Source: Phycisphaerae bacterium
GTDB lineage: Bacteria > Planctomycetota > Phycisphaerae > UBA1845
Direction: 5' to 3'
Assembly: GCA_963666835.2 (NCBI GenBank)
Contig: CAXXGO010000001.1
Coordinates: forward strand, 1,152,001 to 1,216,000
Length of the DNA stretch: 64,000 nt
Shown here: in pieces, positions 41,215 to 49,979 of the stretch
Position numbering within the stretch: position 1 is the first letter of the stretch
Layout: each line of letters opens with the position of its first letter
Made by a program: the position numbers and the translations under genes
Notes under the pieces: generated by a model
Told to the model about the DNA's origin: nothing
The model's input: only the letters and a program-made list of their open reading frames with translations
Databases searched by the model: none

Positions 41215-43851
41215 TTAGGGCGTCGGGCCGTGAAACTCGAGCAGGAACAGGGCGAAATCGATAAGGTCGACGTCGCCGTCGTTGTCCAGGTCGGCGCTTG
41301 CCAATCCGCCGAGCATGATCGACCTGTAAGCCTCAACAACATGACTGCTGGAGCCGCAATCCAGCACCGCCGCGTCCGAGGCCTGCAGCCTGATCGTGTA
41401 GGCGCATGCCGGCAGACCGGCAGTGTCCCAGGTGGCCAGAAGCCCGGAGGCGTTCAGCATCGTTGGTCCCGCGATGACGTGCCAATCGTCATACGGCCCG
41501 CCGGTCACGGCCAGCGTCCAAGTGTCGAGGTTGTTGTCGAAGACTTCACCGTGAATCTCGATACTCGCTCCCGGCGCGAAGACCTCGCAGTTCTCTGGAG
41601 CGGTGAGGCGGGCAACTGGAGCGGTGTTGTCTACGGTGACTGTCAAGCTCGTGGTAGCTGCATTTCCGCACTCGGTTTCTCCGACTACCCGCAGTTCGTA
41701 TTCTCCGTCTGCAAGCCCCATCTCAACCGTACTCCAGGAGGCCAACCTGCCCTCGATTATCGGGGACGTATAGACGGCCGTGTGCGGATCGACCGGCCAC
41801 CAGGTTCCGCCGCCCGCCGGCCGGTAGCTGACGGTGTAGTCGGCGAAGCAGGACTGCGTCCAGGCGGTGCCATGGAAACACACCCAACCACCGTACACCC
41901 TGCCGTTCTCCGGCGTGCTGACTTTCAGGCTGTCGAATTCGGTGGGGTTGTAGACCAGGGTCGAGTCGCTTTCGCTCAGGCCACACTCGTTCTCGGCGAC
42001 GATGCGGACGTCGTAAAAGTCCTGCGTGAGGAGGCTTGTATCCCAGTTGTACAGCACTCCGGATCGTGCCCCGAAAGCCGTAGCTACGTCGACCCAGCTT
42101 GAAGTGCCGCTACGTCGGGTTTCGAGCCGATCGCGCACGTACGTTCCGTCCGGGTCATCGACCGAGCCGGTGATATCAATCGAACCGCACGCGCACTCGA
42201 GGGCGGCGGGCGAGTCGATGCTCACCACCGGCGGTGTGGTGTCGCCGCAAGAAGCCCCCGCGGAGCCCGGGCGGTCAAAGTAGATTGTGCGGAAGTCGGG
42301 ATCGAGGCTGAGGTACATCGCGCCGTGGCTGAAGAGCTCACCGGCCAGCGGCGGAAGATAGCCGATTGCGGTGTCACTACCGGTGTACACGTCGTAGTCG
42401 TTGAAGATGGTCGGGTCGCTCCAAGCGCCGGGAGCGAAGCCGGCGCGTGTGCGGTAATACATCGGATCGAACTCGCCGGCTTCAGCCTGGTAGATGATGG
42501 CGGTACCCGCGCCGTTGCGTGCATCGACATCCGGTTCGAAGTAGCCGAATACACTAGAACCATCCGGAACGGCGAGTGTGCCGGGACTCCACGAGGCGCC
42601 GCAGTCGTAGCTGATCCCGTAGCGGATCCCGGTGCCATTGCTATACGGATACTCAAAGGCACACATAATAGCGTCCTCATAGGCTGAGATAGCCGTGGTT
42701 CGGAAACTGCCGGCTCCGGTCTCGATCGTCCAGTCGGTCCAACCGGTTTCACTGTGCCCCAAGACGTGGATGTTGCCGTCATTGCCCGTGTACGATACGT
42801 AGATAAACTCTGCGCAATTATCACGGTTGTTGTCCCAGGTCATATCCAGCCCGAACTCGGGGTTGCTGCCGGCGGGGGAATCCTCGACGAAAGTAGTGCC
42901 GTCGTCGGCTGCATCGTAAGCCCAGCGCAACACGTCGTTGTCCTGGATGATCGCGTAGTAGATGCGATTGTCGAAGTCGTCGGCGTTGGAAGCTAGCGCC
43001 ACCTCTTCAACCGCATTCGCGCCGGCATCGAAAACCAATTGATATCCGTAGCTGCCGTCGATTCCACCGGTGCTCACCAGGCAGCGCCGAATCCGCGCCT
43101 CGTCAGTAGTGTTGCCGGCAACATAGGCGACGTAGACGTAGTCGTCACTAACGGCGCAATCCACATCGATCATGCCGACTGAGCTCGAAAACGAGTACGA
43201 CTCGGACCACGTTAGGCCGGAGTCGACAGAGATACTAATGCTCCAAGCGCTGTCCCCCGTTGTCGATCCCCAACGGACGGCGGTAAACAGGTTGCCGCTC
43301 TCGGCATCGTAGTCGAGGTTCATCGTCTGGGCCTTATCACGTGTCCCGCCGATACGGCGGTCGAGTCCGCGCGAGCCCGACAACGCCCGCGGGACTTTCC
43401 AAGCAATCCCCAACCCCAGGGGTGCTGCGGCTTCCTCCAGCTTGCGTAACTGCGCGAGCGCAAGCTCGTAGTTTCCGCGGTTCCACAGGGCGGCGATACT
43501 CGTAGCCGCCTCGTGATCGGCGTTGCTTGCCGCGCTGCCCAGCTCCAGCTCGATGTGTGCGTTGGCGCGTTCGTCGAGCGTCAGATTGGCCAGTTGCTCC
43601 CACAGCGCCAGGGGCGTATCGACAGGCTCCCGCTCCGCGGCGGTATCGCGCACGTCAACCAGGTCTGAACCGGGACGGGCTCCCACGTCGATCGGGTACA
43701 ACGCGTCGTCCAATCCCGACGATTCGATCGCTAATCCTGCACTGGCGCCGGACTGATCCTCCTGGGCGACAGCGAGGCCGCCGGCTCCCGCCAGCAGAAG
43801 TAAAACCACGGAAGAGGCACAGACTCTCCCCGTCGACAGGGCGGTTAACAT
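41215..43851 (-). CDS. Large secreted protein (878 aa): propeller-like region, about three Ig-like repeats and a dockerin-like tail
   Basis: Signal peptide, AAAGGAG RBS, SVDSGLTW and SYDCGASW Asp-box-like motifs, repeated WDT..L..G.Y..R modules, ADLDNDGDVDLIDF. Confidence 0.8.
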   Translation of the reverse strand: MLTALSTGRVCASSVVLLLLAGAGGLAVAQEDQSGASAGLAIESSGLDDALYPIDVGARPGSDLVDVRDTAAEREPVDTPLALWEQLANLTLDERANAHIELELGSAASNADHEAATSIAALWNRGNYELALAQLRKLEEAAAPLGLGIAWKVPRALSGSRGLDRRIGGTRDKAQTMNLDYDAESGNLFTAVRWGSTTGDSAWSISISVDSGLTWSESYSFSSSVGMIDVDCAVSDDYVYVAYVAGNTTDEARIRRCLVSTGGIDGSYGYQLVFDAGANAVEEVALASNADDFDNRIYYAIIQDNDVLRWAYDAADDGTTFVEDSPAGSNPEFGLDMTWDNNRDNCAEFIYVSYTGNDGNIHVLGHSETGWTDWTIETGAGSFRTTAISAYEDAIMCAFEYPYSNGTGIRYGISYDCGASWSPGTLAVPDGSSVFGYFEPDVDARNGAGTAIIYQAEAGEFDPMYYRTRAGFAPGAWSDPTIFNDYDVYTGSDTAIGYLPPLAGELFSHGAMYLSLDPDFRTIYFDRPGSAGASCGDTTPPVVSIDSPAALECACGSIDITGSVDDPDGTYVRDRLETRRSGTSSWVDVATAFGARSGVLYNWDTSLLTQDFYDVRIVAENECGLSESDSTLVYNPTEFDSLKVSTPENGRVYGGWVCFHGTAWTQSCFADYTVSYRPAGGGTWWPVDPHTAVYTSPIIEGRLASWSTVEMGLADGEYELRVVGETECGNAATTSLTVTVDNTAPVARLTAPENCEVFAPGASIEIHGEVFDNNLDTWTLAVTGGPYDDWHVIAGPTMLNASGLLATWDTAGLPACAYTIRLQASDAAVLDCGSSSHVVEAYRSIMLGGLASADLDNDGDVDLIDFALFLLEFHGPTP

Positions 43852-44395
43852 AGCAGTTGCTCCTTTCGCATCACTTTCCGGCAGGTATCAAAATGACCTA
43901 CCAAGTGCTGTTTTCCAAGAAAGCGGTCGAGTTTCTCCCTCCCCACCTCTTACGAAGGTTGAAGATCCCGGCGGGCCGAGAAGGGGCCGGAAGAGAATCC
44001 TCCACGGCGGGACTCGCTTCCTATCTTCATGCCCCTCTGGTAAGGAGGGAAGAATCTTGACCGGTTCTTCTGGAAACAGCACCAGAGCCCTCACGACTCC
44101 AGAATATCGCGTTCCGGGCGCTTTGTACAAGTCAAATCGCGGATTCCAGTAGGAATTGTCTTCCGGACAGGAAAGGCCTTGGTGCCGGTACCGCTTTCCG
44201 AGATATTGGGAAGCAGGCTCTCCAGCGATACTGCTCTGTGAACAACGTTGGGCTCTCTGGGCCCCGGTCAAGGCCCGCGCGGCCGCGGCGCCCACGAGGA
44301 GAGTACTGTTATGGGACGCGCACGGAACGCACGCCGGTTGAACCAGCACGGCCGGCCGATCCTGAGGTCCAGCCTTTTGCAGCGTAGGCCCGGCG

Positions 44396-45727
44396 TTACT
44401 GCTGGGCTGGGCGCGCAAAGAGAACCTTGCCGGCGACCAACAGCAACAGGGCAAGGACGGCCAGACCCCATTCGGATACCGTAGGGATTGCGTCGCCGCA
44501 TCCCGGGGCGAAGAGGTCATCGTCCGCGCCGGGGCAGACATCCACGCAATTGGCGACGCCGTCACCATCGTCGTCGGCATCCGACACGCCGCATCCGCAG
44601 ATACCGGGGACTTCCTTGTTCGCGTCCTGTGGACACTCATCGCCGCAAACGCCGTCCAAGCCGTCGCCGTCCTGGTCGCGCTCGCATGATAAGCCCACAC
44701 TGCTCGCGGTCCCCCCCAATGCCAGGCACGGACCCTCATCCAGTAGGGCGCAAGTGCCATCTGGAAGACAGCAGGGGGCTCGCAGGTCCAGGGCAATGCC
44801 GATCGGACTGCCGCCTGGCGAAGTGAGGACTACCTCAACGTTCGAGCCGTCAAGATCCGCCCGCTGGATCGTGCCCAGCTCGGAATCGGTCCAGTACATC
44901 TTGCCGGCCGCGGCATCCAATGCAATCTGCCGCGGCTCGGGCGTCCCGGCGGTAACGAGATCTTCCATGTTCGAGCCGTCCAAGTCAGCCCGGCGGATTC
45001 TGCCGGGCTGACTGCCCGCGCTCTCCACCCAATAGACCTTGCCGGCCGCCTGGTCGAGGGCGATCCCCTCGGGATACCAAAGGTCGCCGCTGTAAATGAT
45101 GTCCTCGTAATCCAACCCATCCGGGCTTGTGCGATATAGCGATGCGTGCATGGGAGCCGGCCCGCCGCCGCCCCAATCGGTTCCGTAAAACTTGCCGCTC
45201 GTCGAATCGAAAGCAATGCCACGCGGGTTCAGACCCAAGTATGTGGCTAACGCGACGTCCGATCCATCGAGGTTGGCCGAACCGAGGTGGGGGGCCGAAA
45301 TGAAGAAACACCCGGCAATCCACCCGCCGCTCCAATACAACCTTCCACCATCAGAGTCGACGACTATGCCCCACAATGGACGCCGTGCACACGAAAAAAA
45401 GTCGGGGCAGATCACAGGCGAGAAACCTATGGCCTCCGAGCCGTCCAGATTCGCCCGATAAATGTCATGGACGCCGGAGTCGTCGTACTGTGACTGGTTG
45501 TTCACCCAATACAGCTTGTTCGCCACCATATCGAGAGCGACACTCGTGGGGTTGAACGCTTCGGAGTCTGTGACGACCTGCTCAATGATGCTGCCATTCA
45601 ATCCAGCGCGATAGATGGCGTTGCTGGCGCCGTCGGTCCAATACAACCTCTGCCCGTGGGCAACTGGTGAACAGACGCCAATCACGAACAGACACCCGAC
45701 CATGCAGCAGACGTTTCGCGTATTCAT
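44396..45727 (-). CDS. Secreted YWTD (LDL-receptor class B-like) beta-propeller protein with IPTL-CTERM
   Basis: LYWTD/VYWVE/MYWTD...RADLDGS repeats; IPTVSEWGLAVLALLLLVAG; AGGAGG RBS; TTGACT-17-CACAAT at 45790-45818. Confidence 0.88.
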   Translation of the reverse strand: MNTRNVCCMVGCLFVIGVCSPVAHGQRLYWTDGASNAIYRAGLNGSIIEQVVTDSEAFNPTSVALDMVANKLYWVNNQSQYDDSGVHDIYRANLDGSEAIGFSPVICPDFFSCARRPLWGIVVDSDGGRLYWSGGWIAGCFFISAPHLGSANLDGSDVALATYLGLNPRGIAFDSTSGKFYGTDWGGGGPAPMHASLYRTSPDGLDYEDIIYSGDLWYPEGIALDQAAGKVYWVESAGSQPGRIRRADLDGSNMEDLVTAGTPEPRQIALDAAAGKMYWTDSELGTIQRADLDGSNVEVVLTSPGGSPIGIALDLRAPCCLPDGTCALLDEGPCLALGGTASSVGLSCERDQDGDGLDGVCGDECPQDANKEVPGICGCGVSDADDDGDGVANCVDVCPGADDDLFAPGCGDAIPTVSEWGLAVLALLLLVAGKVLFARPAQQ

Positions 45728-45938
45728 CTGACCCCTCCTGAAGAGAATACCGTCACGATACCGAACCTCGAATGTACAGCAGTACACACATTGTGGCATC
45801 CTGGCATCTGGAAGTCAACGTTTTCCCGTATCGGGCGGACAGATGCCCGTTTCTGAACGGAAACCGCGTTTTTCGGACCATTAGGGCGGATCCGTCGGAC
45901 GGGGCGGTAGAAGACCGCAGCTCCGGCTGAGGACCATT

Positions 45939-46139
45939 GCGACACGTTCCCGTCGGCCCCGCGGACGCCGTTTTGCCGCTTCAACCGCTCAAACAACTCC
46001 ACCGCCGACGGTCGACCGGCGGATAGAGAGCCTGAAACGCCTTGGTTTGGAGTGCCGAAGCCTGGGTAGGATCCGCTCCGCGGACCGTTCGGTGCGACGT
46101 TCTGTCCCGGGGTGGTCCGCACAGCGGACCCTGCCCCAA
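45939..46139. repeat. 201-bp direct repeat, copy 1
   Basis: Matches 48085-48285 with two mismatches by manual alignment; contains an inverted GTAG-type REP pair. Confidence 0.92.
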
Positions 46140-46216
46140 CTCGGCGCGCAGGCGCTCCGTTGCGATCGACCGTCAGGAGTTTTGGTTGCCCCGCGAGATC
46201 GCTGTTGCCGTCTGAC

Positions 46217-46906
46217 CTACAGGATGATGTTCAACTCCAAGAGCTTCTCCCGCGCGGCTTCGAGGCCCGTGGTGTCACAGGCAGTGCGCTCGAGAACACG
46301 CCTATCCTCTTCGCTTAGCGTGATCGGTGCATGTGCGTTGTCCATTCTCCGGACGAACAGACGCTGGATCAACTCGATTTCATCATCAACCAGATCGAGT
46401 TCCTCGGTCCAACACTCGATCGCCTCCTTCGGCTCCAAGATATGGTTCCGAATCAACGCGCCACCATGCGCGATCACCGAATCCCAATCGTCAGCGGATT
46501 CAACTGGTCCATTTGTGCGATCGGCCCAGAAAGCCGTCGTGATGACCGGGATGGGCTTACCGTGGTATTCCTCGATCATGTACTGAAGCGCTTGACCGTA
46601 GGCCAATGACTGCAGGTTTGATGGCATGCCTTCGAAGTAGCGGTCAACATCATAGTGTATGTGTCTACGGAACGGACTGCGCTCGCTGTTGGTCTCAAAG
46701 AAGACCGCAACCAGTGCGGTCTCGGAGAACGCGATCGTCCCGTTCATACTCTGCCCATTCCTGACGCAGTAGTTCGTCCCGTCCATGGTCTGTTCGTGCC
46801 GAAAATCTGGAAATCGCGCAGTGCTAATACTGTGCGTGAGCATGGCAAGCATGGTACCGCGCCACAGCGTCGGATAATCGGGCAGCCTGTCAATGTTCCT
46901 GGCCAT
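46217..46906 (-). CDS. Probable immunity protein for the upstream HNH toxin
   Basis: 229 aa, no signal peptide, 76 bp downstream of the toxin on the same strand. Function inferred from position. Confidence 0.65.
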   Translation of the reverse strand: MARNIDRLPDYPTLWRGTMLAMLTHSISTARFPDFRHEQTMDGTNYCVRNGQSMNGTIAFSETALVAVFFETNSERSPFRRHIHYDVDRYFEGMPSNLQSLAYGQALQYMIEEYHGKPIPVITTAFWADRTNGPVESADDWDSVIAHGGALIRNHILEPKEAIECWTEELDLVDDEIELIQRLFVRRMDNAHAPITLSEEDRRVLERTACDTTGLEAAREKLLELNIIL

Positions 46907-46982
46907 GATCTGTCCTTATTCTCGCTTTACCAAGGTCTGTTTGTGCGCTTGGTGGAATCGGAGACGACCTCGTGCAGACTTG

Positions 46983-47981
46983 CTAGTGGTCGGATTTCAC
47001 CGTGTTCTCGGCACGAGATAGTACCTGTGCATTCGTGTAGCTATTCGTTCCGCCCTTGCTCTTCGGTACTACGTGGTCTACTGCCCACTCATTCGGTTCA
47101 TGCGTGCTTCCTGGCCTGCACGGAGTCGGCTGTGTCAGTTCGGCGCCTGACTTATCAGATCTGACGACTCCTCGGTTCCGTGATCTATTGGATGCTATGA
47201 TCTCCGCTCTCTGTGCGCGTGTAAAGTCCTTGCCCGCGGCAACGCCCGGTGGATCGGTTAGGTGACCGTAGAGGCCGCGCCTGGCCCAAAGGGCTGCCGC
47301 ACGAAGGCCGAGGCCAGATCCGATGACTCCGATACCCGCCGTAAAGGTGTCAAACACGCCGAGAGAGAGTTCATGATAATCCTGTGCATCTTGAATCTCC
47401 GCCTGCCCGTAGGCAAAGCCCACCGCGCTTGTTCCCAGACCCAGAGCTGCGAACAAAGCTGCCCCGGCCGGCCCGGATGCGACAATCGGAGCGCCGATGA
47501 GCACCGCTGCGAGACCTGTGAGACCCGTCAGGCCCGCATTCCTTGAGATCAAGATAGCGATTTCTGTGGCCGTGAGATCGTGTTTGTCGCGACTTCCGAT
47601 CAGGTCGATGGCGGTTCGGGTCGCGCCGATCATTGATCCGGAAACATACGCTCCGATGCTGACGGTAGCCAGAATCTCCCCCTTCGACCACAACCCACTC
47701 GGGTCCGTGCCGTTGCCGGGGTTGCTTTGCAGGTATTCGTAGAAGTTCATGCCGTCGGCGAATTGGAGTTCGTAGGCGGCGGAGACGGTGACTACGGGGT
47801 TGCGGGCCTGGTAGGACAGGGCCTGCTGGAGTACGATCCCGACGCCGTTGGGGTCGCGTTGCAGGAACCTGCCGGTTTCCGGATCGAAAACCGCCGACGC
47901 CGGGGTGACACTCCCGCCGAGCAGGATCGCCAGCAGCGTTACGATCGAGAGAAACCGCCGATTACGATGCATGAATCTCAT
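46983..47981 (-). CDS. Signal-peptide mini-Rhs polymorphic toxin with C-terminal HNH nuclease
   Basis: Signal peptide ending ASA|V; FDPETGRFLQRDP...GMNFYEYLQSNP...DPSGL Rhs core; DHVVPKSKGGTNSYTNAQVLSRAEN HNH motif. Confidence 0.88.
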   Translation of the reverse strand: MRFMHRNRRFLSIVTLLAILLGGSVTPASAVFDPETGRFLQRDPNGVGIVLQQALSYQARNPVVTVSAAYELQFADGMNFYEYLQSNPGNGTDPSGLWSKGEILATVSIGAYVSGSMIGATRTAIDLIGSRDKHDLTATEIAILISRNAGLTGLTGLAAVLIGAPIVASGPAGAALFAALGLGTSAVGFAYGQAEIQDAQDYHELSLGVFDTFTAGIGVIGSGLGLRAAALWARRGLYGHLTDPPGVAAGKDFTRAQRAEIIASNRSRNRGVVRSDKSGAELTQPTPCRPGSTHEPNEWAVDHVVPKSKGGTNSYTNAQVLSRAENTVKSDH

Positions 47982-49609
47982 TGTCTTGCTCCTTGTCGGG
48001 GGAATGACGGATGCGGTACGGTCGGGACGCTGTATGCGTTATACGGCGACCATTGGGCGTTCGAGCCGATGGGAGGCTCCGGCCGCGACACGTTCCCGTC
48101 GGGCCCGCGGACGCCGTTTTGCCGCTTCATCCGCTCAAACAACTCCACCGCCGACGGTCGACCGGCGGATAGAGAGCCTGAAACGCCTTGGTTTGGAGTG
48201 CCGAAGCCTGGGTAGGATCCGCTCCGCGGACCGTTCGGTGCGACGTTCTGTCCCGGGGTGGTCCGCACAGCGGACCCTGCCCCAATTGATTGCAGATGCC
48301 ACTGGGCGTTTGGCGCAACCGGGAAGTTGGACACCTGCGGGGGCGAACTCTGTTGCGTCTCGTCCCGCTTCTTCGGATATAGAATCGCCCGTGCGTAGCG
48401 TGCCAACGCCTCGTTACGCCGGTTCGTTTCCTCGAGCCAGGCGTTCATTGATGTGGGTGACCGGTTGTCGACGTCAAGGAAGTCGAACGCACTCGATGAT
48501 TGCGGAACGGGATACCCCGGTACCGCGAACGCACCGGTGGAAGTCGGCGGCCCGAATCCGGATTGCCGGCTACTGGCCGCATACGCCGTCGGCACGACCG
48601 GCATACCGGGCACCATCAGCCGCGGATCGGTCCAGCGCCGCCGCTCGTGCCTCTGATACGCATCCTCTACTTCCTGCGCGAGTCTCTCGGCCCGGCGCTG
48701 GGCCTCCAGGTTGGCAATCACTTGCGAGGTGTGGCGATATTGAAAGTTCGCCGCGTAGTTTCTGGGTGACAACTTTATGGCAGTTTCGTAGCAGTGCAGC
48801 GCATCGTGAAGCCGGCCGGAGAAGAAGAGGTTGTCGCCCCGCGTGGTCATGAAGACGGCCAGCTCCCCGCGCGGCGAGAGGGACTTCAGGAAGTTACTGC
48901 TGTCTCGCTCGGCGGCGTTCCACTCCCGCGGCCAGGTTCTGTAGGATTCGTCCGAGTAGCTGCCGTACCCGCGGCTTGTCCCTTCGATGTTGAATCGCTC
49001 GCCGGTCTCGGGGTCGTCCCAACGCAGAAAGCTGTGCTCGGCCGTGGTGACCAGCTTGAGCGGATACCCCAGTCGCCGCCCGATGGCGATATACAGCACC
49101 GGCATCGACGTACACGTCCCGCCGGTTCCTTCGAGCAAGCCGTTGATGAACAGGTCTTGAGACCGGGTGAAGTCGAAGCGATTGGGGTCGTCCTCCGGTG
49201 GGATCTGGTCCGGGTTGTAGCGGACGCCAAGGTCCTGCTGGAGGGTCATGGCCATCATGAGCATGGCGAACTCGCCCCAGGAGTGGTTGTACTCCTCCGG
49301 ATTCTGCTCGAAACGGTAGCGGTGCCGGTTCGTCTCGTAGGCGACGTATGCCGCCCAGGCGTCGAGTTTGGCGAGCAGGGCCTTGCGGTCGATGCGCTCG
49401 GAGCCGGGGAGTCCCTCGGTGCAGATGAGGTTCATCGTGGCGATGTCGACCTTGGCCAGGTCACGCTCGGGCAGGTTGATGAGTTCCTCGAGCGTCAGCG
49501 ACTCCTCGGGTATCTCCGCATCCGCCCGGGTCGTGCCAGGCTGGATCGCGGCCGCGAGGGCCAACACAAGGACGCCCGCTCGGTACGTTCTGACACACAT
49601 TATCCCCAT
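47978..49609 (-). CDS. Secreted transglutaminase-like (SirB1/Transglut_core2-related) protein with a TPR-like segment and low-complexity tail
   Basis: Signal peptide; GTCTSMPVLYIAIGRRLGYPL...HSFLRWD...FNIE; ALHCYETAIKLSP. ATGA overlap with the toxin gene. Confidence 0.8.
   Translation of the reverse strand: MGIMCVRTYRAGVLVLALAAAIQPGTTRADAEIPEESLTLEELINLPERDLAKVDIATMNLICTEGLPGSERIDRKALLAKLDAWAAYVAYETNRHRYRFEQNPEEYNHSWGEFAMLMMAMTLQQDLGVRYNPDQIPPEDDPNRFDFTRSQDLFINGLLEGTGGTCTSMPVLYIAIGRRLGYPLKLVTTAEHSFLRWDDPETGERFNIEGTSRGYGSYSDESYRTWPREWNAAERDSSNFLKSLSPRGELAVFMTTRGDNLFFSGRLHDALHCYETAIKLSPRNYAANFQYRHTSQVIANLEAQRRAERLAQEVEDAYQRHERRRWTDPRLMVPGMPVVPTAYAASSRQSGFGPPTSTGAFAVPGYPVPQSSSAFDFLDVDNRSPTSMNAWLEETNRRNEALARYARAILYPKKRDETQQSSPPQVSNFPVAPNAQWHLQSIGAGSAVRTTPGQNVAPNGPRSGSYPGFGTPNQGVSGSLSAGRPSAVELFERMKRQNGVRGPDGNVSRPEPPIGSNAQWSPYNAYSVPTVPHPSFPRQGARQ
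48085..48285. repeat. 201-bp direct repeat, copy 2, inside the 3' part of the transglutaminase-like ORF
   Basis: Matches 45939-46139. Confidence 0.92.
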
Positions 49610-49979
49610 GATTCACCTCAATAGTTGACAAGAACTGCGATGCGTCTTTAATATTCAAGCCATCGGCGTGGTTCCTGCGCGGCTTTAGATAGGCGAGATT
49701 TTCGTCAATCGAGGTTGGATTGGCCGGACCCATGGAGATGTCGGTCCGCACGGTGGCGGAGGCGGAGTGAGGGAGCCTCCAACCGCCCGCGGGCCGGGTT
49801 CAGCCTTTTGTCACGTGGGGGATTCGCTATCGTGCTTTGATCGTTGCGATCACGATTAAGAAGGTGTCCGCCGCGCGGACTATCTAGTGCGACGTCCAGT
49901 CTCTGGTCCGCACAGCAGACCCTACCACGTAAGCCGGGGCCAGCCTTTTGTCGCGCGGGGGATTCCCTATCATGCCTTC

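Noticed and set aside
45724..46122. 132-aa ORF resembling the transglutaminase-like C-terminal tail
   Set aside because: It is simply the translation of the 201-bp repeat copy, with no RBS or independent support.
47950..47981. Tat signal on the mini-Rhs toxin (NRRFL)
   Set aside because: Lacks the RRxFL spacing; a Sec-type signal is more likely, though Tat is not excluded.
45939..48285. Diversity-generating retroelement TR/VR pair
   Set aside because: Only two mismatches, not adenine-specific, and no reverse transcriptase in the window.
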